Source of the DNA: Tubulanus polymorphus
Taxonomy: Eukaryota; Animalia; Nemertea
DNA: 64,000 nt
NCBI RefSeq assembly: GCF_964204645.1
Contig: NC_134034.1
Location: 10,056,962-10,120,961, forward strand
Direction of reading: 5' to 3'
Part shown: piece by piece, positions 24,810 to 37,411 of the stretch
Layout of the letters: every line of letters starts with the position of its first letter
How positions within the stretch are numbered: the stretch's first letter is position 1
The notes under the pieces: generated by a model
The model's input: the letters and a program-made list of their open reading frames with translations, nothing else
The model's database searches: none
Told to the model about the DNA's origin: nothing
Made by a program: the position numbers and the translations under genes

Positions 24810-26939
24810 CATAGTATATGCATTATTTTATTTTCTCCAAAAAGATTGTTAAAAGGAAGGAGAGGGAAGGACCAAGAACTGGGGAGTCTAGAGGGAGGGA
24901 GGAAAAGGATGGGAGAGGGAGTGAGAGGTGACAGGGAGGTGGGGAGTGAGTAGTGAGACCTAGAGCAGATAGCGGGGATGAGGTGAGGGGGAAAGAGGAT
25001 AAGGAAAAGAGGGAGTGCGAGGTCGCGCCATCTATCACGGCGTACCTGCATTCGCCGCTCAACTTCGATTTCGATCTCTTCGTTTTTCAGGTTCGTCAGT
25101 TTTTCCATCGTGACCAGACGTTCGTGTAAATCCTGTTTCTCTTGCTCCATCTTCAACAGCGCCACCTGCATTTTGTTCAACTCTTCTTTATATTGCGTCA
25201 GCGCCTTGGCCAACGCGCGATTGTTCACTTGCAAAGTACGCTTGACCATCGATACTGAATTATAAGAAAAATATTTTCGTAGCTAAACCAGAATTTTCTC
25301 CGATGAGCAGACGCTGAAAATAGCGAGTCAATTCGAAGCCACCCACTATACAAAAAGGGTGGCTCCAAATGTGCTTATCATGATATTCTCAGCATCATCC
25401 TCTAGAAAAAAAGGGATAATGCTGAATTCTGCGATGAAGATATTCCCGGAGCCACCCACTATACAAAAGGGTGGCTCCAAATTATGTTGCAACCACAGAG
25501 CAACGCTCTAAGAGATAATAGGACCGAATTCTGCGACAAGGATATTCTAGGAGCCACCCACTAGATTATGGGATGGTTCCGAATGAGTAAATAAGGAGGA
25601 TTCAAAATTTGAAACTGATCGATACGAACCATTCAGACTGGTGTTCAATTTTCTTGAACGCGACCCCGTGCTCGCGTTCATCTTTTTCTTCTGTCTTAAA
25701 ACCATTTTCAAGACCTTCTTTCGAGGAGGCTCTTGCCTGACGGCGACCGGAGGCTACAAGATAGAAGAGAGAGGAAAAACCTTTTTAATATTTTTTTCAA
25801 TTTCAGCCTGGAAACTTTTTTTTGTGAAATCGTTTTACCAAAATGTTTAATTCTGAGGAAAAAAACCTGCCAAATGCTGAACTTCTGATGATTCAAACAC
25901 TTCATTACATTTTTGGACCCCTCCAAGAAGCCCAACCTTGGCCTAATGTCTATTTATTAATGGATGAGACCTGTTCTTCTGGGATATTTTGCTTACTTTT
26001 TGGGATACATACCTCTTTTATGTCTTAACAGAATGCCAAAAGTCGCGGACAACAACTGAATATCCGATATATTTCCAGTTCTGTACCAATTAGATGGATT
26101 GGCAAAAAGACTCCTTAAGTCCAGTTTAATGAGAGAGAAAATCCTCCATTTTGTGAAATTTCTTGAATTTTTACATTGTCACCACGCCTACAAAATGAAG
26201 TTATTTTTCTTGTGGGGTCTCAACAACTAAATCAGGGTGGCGTAGGCATGGTAACAATGTTCAAATCCAAGAAATTTCACAAAATGGAGGATTTTCTCTC
26301 TCATTCAACTGGACTTAAGGAGTCTTTTTGCCAATCCATCTAATCGGTACAGAACTGGAATAATATCGGATATTCAGTTGTTGTCCACGATTTTTGGCAT
26401 TCTGTTAAGACATAAATGAGGTATGTTCCCCAAAAAATAAGCAAAATATCCCAGAAAAACAGGTCTCATCCATTAATAAATAGACATTAGTCAGTAACCT
26501 GGCTGTGGTTTAGTTTCACGATCGGATATTTTCATGTTGGTATAAGCCCATCCGATTATAAAAAGCTTACCACCAACGATTAGGTAACTAACTAAACCTG
26601 GCCTAGCCCAACAAGCCAAGGAAGGCCTGCTGGGGCCAGCCTTCTATTCCATCCGCCCGGTGTCTCGTAAAAGAATTAATTTCTGCACAGCCTAGGGAAT
26701 CAAAATGAATAGCTTTTCACCCAAATATTTCATTCTTTTTAGGCCAATTTCGAATCCTTAACACGTCACAGGCCTCTTTAAAAATAGAGATTCTCAACAA
26801 GATTTCCATCCATCCAGAATGAATTTTTTCTTTCGATCGCAATCATTCTCACTCAAATGCACGAAAATTATACTACGATATTCTCGTTTTATTAAATTGC
26901 CAAATTTCATGAAAAGCTCGAATTTATTACCGTCTCCAT
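17509..26939 (-). CDS. SGO1: Shugoshin (centromeric cohesion protector), ~1386 aa
   Basis: Ten coding exons, phases consistent: 26939-26931, 25753-25630, 25254-25046, 24623-24457, 22435-22263, 21567-18311, 18179-18100, 17926-17840, 17647-17610, 17525-17509 (4161 nt). N-terminal coiled coil KLNTSLN..VKRTLQVNNRALAKAL (shugoshin PP2A-binding type). C-terminal basic SGO motif RNRKQVSYKELPVGAKLRQGDKCF. KEN box in exon 4. The SGO1/SGO2 label is not resolvable. Confidence 0.9.
18905..19510 (-). repeat. Coding tandem repeat, 3 x 204 nt (68 aa), in the shugoshin giant exon
   Basis: ERKKKEKEVVHGS.DD....K.VQKRKVKEV.EVEDDLKEEQILG recurs with exact 204-nt spacing (19452, 19248, 19044). Confidence 0.9.
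21636..21800. mobile_element. MITE-like repeat (second copy ~43002-43168)
   Basis: Inverted ends gggcctggtttcataga / tctatgaaacctagccc. Internal sequence is nearly identical to the 43.0-kb copy. Confidence 0.75.
21848..21978. mobile_element. Palindromic Penelope-type relic with minimal hammerhead motifs in both arms
   Basis: Minus strand: cac-CTGATGA-a-gcttcta..tagtagc-GAAA-GC-TC. Plus strand: (g)TGATGA-a-gcttcta-tacat-tagaagc-GAAA-GC-TT-gtgc then AATAAA. A fragment also occurs at ~3034-3068. Confidence 0.6.
22503..24428. repeat. 60-bp satellite (~32 copies) with 785-bp higher-order repeat, in shugoshin intron 4
   Basis: Monomer cttgagcggagtctactgtaccatccaactcagatatcactgtcaagtcaaaagatcaga. 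Diagnostic variants recur at 785-nt spacing (22536/23321, 22810/23595, 22991/23776). Confidence 0.97.
24720..24805. repeat. (TA)n microsatellite
   Basis: About 42 TA units. Confidence 0.97.
25943..26490. mobile_element. Foldback/long-TIR non-autonomous element in shugoshin intron 1
   Basis: ~245-bp arms that are highly similar reverse complements (ctaatgtctatttattaatggatgagacctg ... caggtctcatccattaataaatagacattag) around a ~50-bp spacer. Confidence 0.85.
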
Positions 26940-27480
26940 TTTAAGGCGCAGATCTCAGCGAAATTTAGACGTCATAAAATCTTCCCCGAAATGAAAATTT
27001 TCAAATCCGCCGCTTCGACTTCCGTGTCAAATCAATTCAATCAACCGCATTTATTGAAGAACAAATTTGACCGCGATCATAGAACTATGCCGCGATCAAG
27101 CTAGGTCTAGATCGATATCAAGACTCCAGGAACCATGGGTGAAAATTCCTTATTGGGAAAAGAGTCGACAATTTTTTACAGCAGTAAATTTTGAAACTGC
27201 GTACGATATAAAGTTAATTGAATTTGTACAGTCCGTTCGTTAATCATTTGTTCCGCATTTTGTTCCGCGTGTGTCCGTGACAGCGTTCCCTTTGTTCCGC
27301 GTGTGTCCGTGACAGCGTTGATTTGTTTTGACAAGAAAGAAGAGGAGGGAAATGAATGAAAAAGTTTTTTGACGTTTCATTAATGATTGCCGACAGCTTT
27401 CCGAATTGTAGCCGATATGTCAGTTTAGTTTGTCAGTGTCACGCGAAAAAAAGAAGTTTCGACTGTTTTTGGTGGTAAGT
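26940..27480. promoter_or_regulatory. Putative bidirectional promoter (shugoshin / + strand uncharacterised gene) with CDE-CHR-like element
   Basis: Shugoshin ATG at 26939 (-) and a + strand first-exon donor GGTG|gtaagt at ~27474. The minus strand reads AAGCGG-CGGA-TTTGAA at ~27015-27000. A 29-bp direct repeat lies at ~27260/27291. Confidence 0.55.
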
Positions 27481-29107
27481 ACTGAACTTTTTGAAGACCA
27501 AACAATTTTTCAGTTTTTGAAATTCTGAAAATAATGGAAATCAAATTCCCCAAAAAAACTTTCGCTCCAAATCCTTATTCTGTGCTGTTGACAAGTTACT
27601 CTTTTGACTTTGGCCTTGCTCTTTATTTTCACTGTCTCTAACCGGACTGCTTTTCTTAAAATGAAAAATGTTGACTGTGGTGGACTGTGTCCCATTATTG
27701 TTGGTGGTCCGCAATGAGCTTACCAACGCTACTCTTAGGCATGCACGTTCATTGCAAGCTATTTCTGATTGCCACGGTCATCAATTGCTAATTTTTGACA
27801 GGTGCTAATATGTTGCCGCAGCAAATTTATTTCAATTTTGTAAAAAAATGGTAAATTTAAAAAATGTCATTCAGGGAATTATTGCATGCATTCGCTACCA
27901 ATAGTTCCAGCGCCATTGGGCGGGGGGCTTATGGATGACAAGAGCTAGTAAAACTAAAACAAAAAAAAAGTAGTGAAAAAAGTAACGCTTCTAAAATATG
28001 CTTTCTAGGCCTATTGACTAATTTTCAGTTCACAGGCCTAATTAATTATTAAATGTAGTTTGTGACAATAATCCGATCATGAAAATAAACCACTGACAGA
28101 TTGATGACTAGGCCTACCCCGCACTGGACCAAGAAGTGCTTACGTCAGAAACCTTATTATTGGTAGTATTTCAGTAACCAAACTGTATGGTTCAAATGTG
28201 GTTTAGTTTCCTGATTGGATACAACACAGGTCTATGGGTAGCCTAGTCTGAATACTAGTGATCACGGCTAGGTACTAGACTATGGGTAGCCCTGTCCCTT
28301 TCCGATAGGCCTAAGAGTAAACAAGAAGTTGTGCTAGACCCTAGGTGAGGCGGGAGGGGGTTAGCAAGGGTGTCAAATTTATATTTTCAGTTCTGCGCGT
28401 GCTTTCAGTTGATACACATAGACCTGAGCGTGACCTATTGGAAATAGTCGTTAACTAATCAATTCAGATCAATTAGTAATCATCTATCAGTTCTATAGAA
28501 ACGAATAATTATCTGCCTAATCAATCAATAATTAATTAGTAATTAGCGCCTGACCTGCCTCTATATGTATCGAGGTATTTGGTCAGCATATTCACTTCAG
28601 CTTATTGGAATATTTCTACAAGGTTTGACATACCGTGTAGATAAGTAGAAATTAGTTTTTCTTTTCTGATTACCCGTAGGTATTTCACCCTATAGGCCTT
28701 AGGCTATTTAGAGTAGTTGGATTTTAGCGATCCTGGAGCCAGTCACTCGAAAGTTTCCTGGCAGATAAACGTCATATTGACAAATTGAAATTGCATTAGT
28801 GGCGTTTGTTCTAGCAACTTTTGAGCGAATCCTAGATCTAGTTCCATAGTTGTGCGTTAAATAGTTAAAACCTGAGTTCAGAATCAGTTCATTTTTGTTA
28901 CATTTCGATATAAAAATGAGAAAACCAAAGAATAGGGCCTATTGTAAAAACTAAAGTGAATGTCTTTCTGACAGTCAGAAAGTTGATTGATATTTTACAA
29001 GGACGTTCATTGAGATCTAATGAATACAAATTACCGTTTGAGGAATTTCGACTTAACTTTTTGTTTTAGTTTAGTCAATAGATTTTGAAACTTTAAGTTT
29101 TTCATCA

Positions 29108-29396
29108 TTAACCCTTTCAGTGCGTCTACACCGCAGTGCAGTGTATGAATCGGTGATGGATTTTGCTAGTACACCGCACTGCGGTGTATTGATGTAATTA
29201 GTAATTATCTCCCTTGAAAGATGGCAGCACCTGTCAAACATAGTGAAATATTAGTAACTAACAATACACCGCACCGCAGTGTAGACACACTATAGTGGTA
29301 TTCCCGTTATTCAACACACTAGGGTGGAATTTTTCAAAATTTTCAAATTATCTCCAGCACTATAGGTTATTGATTAGTCGGCACTGAAAGGGTTAA
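29108..29396. mobile_element. piggyBac-like MITE (TTAA TSD)
   Basis: ttaa|ccctttcagtgc ... gcactgaaaggg|ttaa. Confidence 0.85.
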
Positions 29397-29671
29397 CATG
29401 CAACAAGTTTATCGTCGTATTATGTACGATAAAGAATTTCTCGGTGTTTTCGCTACTTTACAAAGTAAAACGTTCGCCATGAATGTAGCCTCTCCGCAAA
29501 TTTTCATTGAATATCTTAACTCACAGAACCAAACCTTAACGCAGAGAACTGCTCAACCGGATCCGCGATCATCATCTAGACCTTATCCCGTGTTTCGATA
29601 TTTTTCTTTCAGGCATAATTGGAGAGTCGCGATCGTCCGACTTCTCTCAATTCGAGTGAAAATTCGTAAAT

Positions 29672-32600
29672 ATGTCCGTTTCGAAGAAGGATATGAAAGA
29701 TGTGGCCGACATGGTTAAACATAAATTGTAAGTTAGGTTTTTTTTTGATACAGCTCTTCGATAAAAATGATTTTCGATGAAGAAAAAATGATGAATATAT
29801 CGTAACATTTTAAACCGGGAAGAATTTAAATGATTTGCTCAGGGGTAATTTTTTGCGTTATAACATGGACAAATCAGGTAAAAGTCAGGGAATTGCTCAA
29901 AGGTTTGTTTGAGTTAACCAGTGGATAGTTGACATAGTGGCAATTAAAAGTTCATTGTTACTATGGCATCTATCCACTGGTTATCTTCAACCAACTTTCG
30001 AGCAACTGACCCCAGGGAATTTGTAAATCAGCGGAAAATGGCCACCCTGATGATGCGATATGGCGTAAAAGATTTAAAATTGTTCGTGAAGTTTTTTTGT
30101 TTTTCCATAATCAGGGAACTGTATTTCAACGAAGAAGTGCGAGCCGGCCGTTTTCATTCCAAGGGCAAATTTGTCACCACTCCTCGCATGGTAAGTAAGG
30201 GAAACATGAAACCATCTCTAGAAAGAGTAGAAACGATGATTTATTGTCGTATAAAGTGGTCAACCCTTTCAGTGCGTCTATACCGCAGTGCTGTGTATGA
30301 ATCGGTGATGGATTTTGCGAGTACTCCGCACTGCGGTGTATTGATTTAATTAGTAATTAGTAATTATCTCTCTTGAAAAGTACTAGTAACTAATGATACA
30401 CTGCGCTGCGGTGCAGACGTATTATAGTGGTATTCCCATTATTCAACACACTGGGGTGGAATTTTTAAAAATTTTCAAATTATCTCCAGCACTAAAGGGT
30501 ATTGATTAGTCAGCACTGAAAGGGTAAAGCGTGATGAACTTTGCTCGTACACTGCATCACGGTAACTAGCAGCTAGTTTTTATCTCTGCTCATCTCTCAA
30601 GATGGCAGCACTTTCAATCCTTGTAAAATATTGCAAACTAGTGATACACCGCTCTGCAGGGTAGATGCACTAAAGTGATATGTCCGTTCTTTCATCGCAC
30701 TGCAGTGGAATTTTCCGAAATTTTCAAATCATCCCCAACACTCATAAGGTAGTCGGCACTGAAAGGGTTAATAACGTTCGAGGGCCTCATCAACGCAAGC
30801 GTTCGTTTGAGGTTTTTGGTTTTTTTACGCGGTTGCGTTTCGTTGTTTTGCAGCATCAGTACGATTTCGTGTATAAAGTCATCGAGCGAACCGAATTAGA
30901 AAACGTTCATCACCTGAAACGTCGTAAACTGAAACAGCAACGAGAAGAAGAGGAGAAGGCGAAAACTCATTCTCAAAATGGCAAAAGGTAAAGATTTCGA
31001 ATTAGACCGAAGCCTGCAGTCTTTTAATCGATTCGCAAAGATTTTTGTTGATTTCGCGTCCTTACAGGGTTCTTACAAACCAGGGCAATCAGGAATTCTG
31101 GACTAGGGATTGCTTACACAGGAAAAAGTCTAGGAATTTGAATTTTTGGTGTCTTGTTGTTCTTGCTGGTGACGAGTACCACAATGAACCTCTTGATAAG
31201 AAACAGCCCATACTGAGGATATCTTAATAATTGATAAATCCGGGAATTCTCAAGTCAGGGAATTTTTGGTGTCTTGTTGTTCTTGCTGGTGACAAGTGGC
31301 ACGAGGAGCTCTTAATAAGAAACAGCCCTCACTGAGGATAATATGATTTGATAAGGGAATTTGAATTTTTGGTGTCATGTTGTTCTTGCTGGTGAGGAGT
31401 ACCACAATGAACCTCTTGATAAAAAAAACAGCCCTCACTGAGGATATCTTATAATTTAATCAGGGAATTATAGATCATAATGGTCAGGAAAATATCGCGG
31501 AATTTCGGATTCCCTGACCTGTTAGTACCCTGAAGTCACTATTCTAGATTTGATCCAAGTCCGAGGATGTTGTGGTCGTTTATATTCACAATTAGATTCC
31601 TCAGGAAGTTTCTCTAAATGTTCCCTCAATCAAACGGTCGGGATTTCAATCAAAACTTTGCGATTATTTTCTCTTATTGAGTCTATTTGTCTGTAATTCA
31701 GAAATGCGTCTGTCGCCGCCGTCACTCCGTCTGTGAAGAAAAAACCGGATCGAATCGCGTTACAAAGAGACGTCGACAGACTGACCGAACAAGCAAATCA
31801 ATACATCGTAAGCATTTTACCACGTCCTTTCGTAAAATATGCCTGCCTTCATAAATAACCCTACGACATCATCAAATTGTCTACGAGTGATTTTATGTTA
31901 GACTCGTCCAAAAACGATCGCTGCCTCTAAAAATCCCCCATATGAGATCAATGATATCCGAATTGAATTGGAATTCAAGCAGATTCAGGGGCGAAATATC
32001 AAATGGATACCTAAAAGAGTTAAGATTCTTCAGCTTCCAAAAAAGATGTGTTTATGTTCTGCGATGAATTTTTTTTTCGGGGTGCCCTTTTATTATATGA
32101 TATGCCCTATTAAGGTGGTGTACCACTCCCTGAATCAGATCCTAGATTCGTTTATTTCGATAAATTATACGATATATTGTTAAATAAATTGAAAGACCGA
32201 AAATATCCCTTGACTTCTCGAGCGAGTTACTATAGGCGTATAAACGTGTTTTCGAAGTATAATGTATTTTACGATCTCCCGATGTTTTTTCCGTAGAGCG
32301 AAATACCGTTGAAACGTCTGCAGATTCTACACCGTTACCGACCGACTCGCGAGTGCGACGATACCGTTTCGAACGGCAAAGTTCACAACTACGTTCGCCA
32401 CGTCGGGTGTTCGTTGAACACCGATAAATACATCGAGTTCTACATGAAAGAAGGTCAGTCGGAGTTCATTTGATTTCGCCTTTTGAGCTGTGATCTCCTA
32501 AAATGAAAAAAAAATTTAAATTCTTACGTTGCTCTTCCATAAGAGATGCTCCCTCCTAAATTCCCAGTTGACGTTATCAATTGATCTATAGACACTTAGA

Positions 32601-33745
32601 TGGCTTTGATCCATGATTATTGCTAAAATAACCTATGACATCATCATGATGTAATTGAATTTGAAAAGAAAATCGTCGGTATTTTATAGGTCTTGGAACA
32701 GGGAATCCTAGTAAAAGTGGACGCCTACAAAGACTACAAAATCCATCGAAGGTTCGTCCATCATCTTTGATGATCCTTTCGGACATGCATGTCTGTCTTT
32801 ATTTTCATGCTGTGTCTTGCTTGTTTTCCAGAGTGCCACCAGTCCTAGACAACAACAGAAACCACCTGTTGATAAAAAACCACCGCATTTCGTCAAGTAA
32901 GTTTCATTTGTTGCGTGTTTTTTCAAATGGAAAGATGGTGGTACGAAAGTTGCTGGATAGTGTAGAATTATGTAACCTATGCTTACGAATACTTCGCAAA
33001 AGTCTCTGCCCTTATTTAATGTTGCTATCGAAAGAAATCCTAATAGTACAATAACCACAACGTGGTGAACCGATAACAAGATAAAAACCCACTAAGTACG
33101 AATTAAAATCGAGAATTTATTTATTCAAAAATTCTAAATAAAAAGACACGACATTTTGATCTCACACCTGACGATGATGTCCAGGTTTCGTTGTATAAAA
33201 CAACTCCCTAGGTCTACATAACTTAAATATGTTAAGACCATTATCATTTACGTTGCACAGAATTAAGAACGTTTCATCATCTCGTTCGGGCTAGAATTCG
33301 AGATTATGATTTATAGAATTGTAAGTTTGATTATCAAACTTTATTTATCTATACGAAGGCTTCATTTGATACTTACAGGTCACTGACTAGCGAAGATCTG
33401 AAGAGTAACGCGTCGAAAGAGATGACTAGTCCGCGTTCGAGGAAAAGCAGCGTCCAATCAAACCACCAGACCGAAACGGCGGTTAAAAGCGACGACGCGG
33501 CATGCCACGAAGCCGACGTTCCCGAAACCGCTGAGACGGATTCGACGGAGCGTGAGGATACTCAGGAATCCGGCGAACAAGAAGTATCCGCCGAGAGTCG
33601 AAAAGTGGACGTCGTGTTAGGGGTTGAGCGTGATCCTCCGATGAAGGGCGACGACGCAAATTCAGTCACCTCAAAGCGTAGTGACGTTGAGATAAGCGTC
33701 GAAAGTTCCGGAAATTCTGTGAAATCTGGTGACAAAAATCAGGTC

Positions 33746-33798
<53 letters not shown>

Positions 33799-36700
33799 CA
33801 GTGTGCCTGAAGTAGAAGAAAAAGCAGAAGAACGCGTTATAGAAGTCACGATCACTAGTCGGGAGAGATCCCAAAGTTCCGCATCGGACGCATCCGCGAA
33901 AAAAGGAGAAATGAAAGACAAGGTCGAGAAGGAAAATTCGGGGCGAGCGAAGAGACATAAATCGCGGAAGATCAGCCAATATTCGACGAGTTCTTCGTCA
34001 TCGTCGAGTCGGAGAAATTCCGATCGAAGAAAATCGTCTCCGATCGGAGAGAATGACGTGAAGAGAAATTCCGTTTTAAAGACCGTTGAGAACGACGCGA
34101 TCAGCGATGATGGGCATGTTTTCCACGCGTCGACACGAGAGGGCGAAGATGCGATCATCGCGATCGCCGACGGACGATCGGTGAAGAGTCGCTCGGACTC
34201 ATCGTCGAAGTTGTTGGAGTCGAGCGTTTTTTCGGATGACGAATGGTCCGCGGGCGACGAATCAACGGAGAAGACCGACGGAGAACGACAGCCGCGATCC
34301 GTCGTTAAAATCGTCGATATTTCGAACGACGGAAAAGTTTCCGCCAACGAAAAAGAAAAGGATTCGGCCGCCAGTTCTTCGGCGATGGACCGATCTTCTT
34401 TGGGCGTCGAAGCGGAGATGTCGCAGACCACGGTCGCTGAAGTCCATCCCGTTCGAATCGAGGAAGACAAGGACAACTCCGATGCAGAGTCAGTCGCGTC
34501 ATCGCGGAGCAATCGGTCGTCCGTTTCGTGGAAAAGCACGACAAGTATTTCATCGAAATCATCCTCGTCATCGTCGTCGTCTGAGGCATCAACGGAACCG
34601 CTTTTGTTTCCGCGTCGCCAACTGTCTTTGTTGGTCGATAACGATCGCGCGACGAACGACGACGCCAGTTCGACAGTTGCGAAGGTCGTCGGTGATACAG
34701 GCGAAACGAATGAGCGTGATAAAAATGATGGAGATACAGTCGTTAAAAAGGACGTTGAAATAGTTGAGGAGAAAGATGAAAATGATGAGGAAGCAGTGGT
34801 AAAAAATAATGAAGAAATAGTCGAAGAAAAGGAAAGAATCGTTGAAAAGGATGAATTGATAGAAGAGGATATTCTTACTTTGGAACACGTCGCGCCCGAA
34901 AGGAGTGAGGTTAAAGATGGAAACTACATGGATCAGTTGGATGTCGAATGCGCTGTCGAACTGGATTCGTTATTTGATGAAAATGATCGCGATCATGATG
35001 ATAAAATTCTTGAAGATACAACTGTGACTAATCGTATTGATGATGATGCGGCGATTGTAGGTTGTATCGATGAAGATGCTGGAAGTCCAGACGCGAGCGA
35101 TCGCGGACAACCCAATGCGAAGATAGAATTTTCGCTCGGTGTGTCTGTCGGTATGGACGACGATGGTCGAATTCCGCATTCAACGCTGTCTTCATCCAGC
35201 GACGATAATTCTGAATATAGCAGCGACGAGTCGAGCGTAATCGAAGAAAAGCTGCAAGAACCAACGATCGAAGCTACTGGTGACCGAGAAAATAGCGAAC
35301 TCGTAGTTCCAAATTACAGCGATGAAGCTTCAATCGAGATTCGAGAAAACTTTGAAGAACCAATAATAGAGGCTCCAGATATTCCAGGAAAAAGTGAACT
35401 CGCAGCTCTGAATTATAGCGATGAAACTTCAATCGAGATTCGAGAAAGCTTTGAAGAACCAATAATTGAGGCTCCAGATACTCCAAAAGAAAGTGAACTT
35501 GCAGCTCTGAATTATAGCAATGAAACTTCGATTGAGATTGAAGAAAAGCTTGAAAGTCCTACGATCGCTGCTTGTGTCAGTGATGATTCCGATGATAAAG
35601 ATAATTTCAATGCTCCAATTTATAGCAATGAAACTGCAATTGAAGAAAAGTTGGAAGGTCCAACACTCAGTACTTCGGTAAATGAGGATTACCAAGAGAG
35701 TCGGCTTATTGCTCCAACTTATGGCAACGAGACTTCGAATGAAATTGAAGAAAAGTTGGAAGGCTCTTTTACTGCTACTGTGACTGATGGGTCCCAAGCA
35801 AGTCGGCTTGTTGCGCCAACTTACAGCAATGAAACTACAATTGAAGGGGAACCGCAAGAACGACGATCTGTACCTGCTCCTACTTACGATAATGATATAG
35901 AAACTCATGGTGAACTTGTTGCTCCAAGCTACAGCAATGAGCCTAACAAAGAACATGGAGAAAATTTCGATAAACCGATGCTCACAACTGTTTCCGATTC
36001 TAATGAAGTTGTAATTTCAGTTCGTGGAGACTCAAAAACTGTTGAAGGAAAGCAATCGGAATCGAACCTTGTCGCTCCAGTTTACGATAACAGTCGTGCT
36101 GACGACTTGAACACTTTCTCGAGAATACCCGAAGAAAAGGATTCCGATGTTCTGACGTCGGACACGAGTTCTTATGTGTCTTCGAATTCCGATTCAGAAA
36201 CTACGAAGCCGCCATCAGTGCAGCTTGAAATCTCGGGCATGGAAGACCGTGAAAAGGAAAGCGAGAAGGAAACTAATGACGAAGAGGTTGAGAGAAGAAG
36301 GTTGAGAGAAGAAACCGAAAGAAAGCACGAACAGTACGGATTCGGACGGATGAGATTCAGGGGTGAGGCAACGCTGATTCCGGCTAGAAAAGAAGACTCG
36401 GAAACTGATAAAGCGGGAGATGTAAATGTTGAGACAAAGCTCGTTGAAACGAAGGTGGAAAATGTAGAAGAGAAAGATAACGCGGAACCGGTGTCGTCCG
36501 GTGCGCGATTAGATGAAGAAAGCGGAAATCTAGAACTGGATAGAAAAGAAGGAGTTGAAGTTGTTACAGGTTTTGGCGTCGATGCCGGAGTAGAAATTAA
36601 CGTTAACAAAGAGGAATATAATGGAAACGAAGCTAATTTCGAGTATCGACAGCCGAGTCAATGCCCGACGGGGGAAATCGAGCAGAATTGGCAAGTCAAG

Positions 36701-37411
36701 ACCAGCGATGACCAGGAATTTCCTCAAGAAGACTCGAAGATATTCAGCGAAGAAGAAAAAGATGTCAACGGATTAGACGACGGGGAACGAGTGGAAGAAG
36801 ATGGAAAATTGATCGAACATTCGGAAAACGGTGACGAATTCGACGACAGGAATCATCACAGGACGCGCGGATTCTTTCGCGACGACTCGTCGTTGAGCAG
36901 TCAGTCGACTCTAACGGTCAGCAGTAAGATGAGCGATATAAGCGATGAGGATGATAGCGAAGATGACAACAAATCGGTTGATTTCGATGTGCCGCGAATG
37001 TACGAAGCGCGCGATGATGACGAAGAGAAGCGAAGCGATTCGTCGCCGACGTCGTCACCTCCTCAGATTTCATCGTTTTCCGTCGTTAGCGATGAAATCG
37101 TTCATAGAAATGCCGGCCCGCCGACGCGAACTCCAGTCAGTCCGCCTACCCCACCTCCGGTCCCCGGCGAAAATCATACGCGCCAATATCGATTGCCAGC
37201 GCCTCAACCACCGCGAGCGCCAGGTGCCCCGCCGCCTCAAATGCCCACGCCGACCCCATCGAGCATTGGTGGTGCGCCCAGTCCACCGCCATCGCCCAGA
37301 GATTCACCACCGCGCGTACCGACTCCATCCTCGAGCCCATCCCCGCCACCGAGCTCGGCTGATCTCGAAATCAAAGCGGCCACCATGCTGGAGAGTATGT
37401 ACGCTAATTAG
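29672..37411 (+). CDS. Uncharacterised large acidic/Ser-rich protein, ~1562 aa (~180-aa possibly folded N-terminus, disordered body, Pro-rich C-terminus)
   Basis: Eight GT-AG coding exons with consistent phases: 29672-29727, 30115-30190, 30854-30987, 31702-31807, 32297-32453, 32690-32751, 32832-32896, 33379-37411 (4689 nt). The last exon is in frame with ORF 33422..37411. Probable 5' UTR exon ends ~27474. No family recognised. Confidence 0.8.
30260..30771. mobile_element. Two adjacent copies of the piggyBac-like MITE (one near-intact, one decayed)
   Basis: ccctttcagtgcgtcta...gcactgaaaggg (30264-30524), then a diverged copy ending gcactgaaagggttaa at 30771. Confidence 0.75.
31065..31532. mobile_element. 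CAGGG-terminated MITE carrying 3 tandem ~120-bp internal units (related copy 37468-37826 with 2 units)
   Basis: Ends cagggttcttac / gttagtaccctg. Internal unit gggaatttgaatttttggtgtcttgttgttcttgctggtga...aacctcttgataagaaacagccctcactgaggatat is repeated, and also occurs in the 3' region of the same gene. Confidence 0.65.
33749..33796 (+). repeat. (AGC)n coding microsatellite, poly-Ser
   Basis: About 16 AGC codons in frame. Confidence 0.9.
35210..35960 (+). repeat. Coding tandem repeat of ~33 aa (99 nt) with YS[DN]E core
   Basis: YSDEASIEIRENFEEPIIEAPDIPGKSELAALN-type units with 99-nt spacing (35315/35414), decaying distally. Confidence 0.8.

Noticed and set aside
29672-30987. ERICH3-like identity for the acidic + strand protein
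   Set aside because: Only vague N-terminal resemblance, and the conserved central ERICH3 domain was not found.
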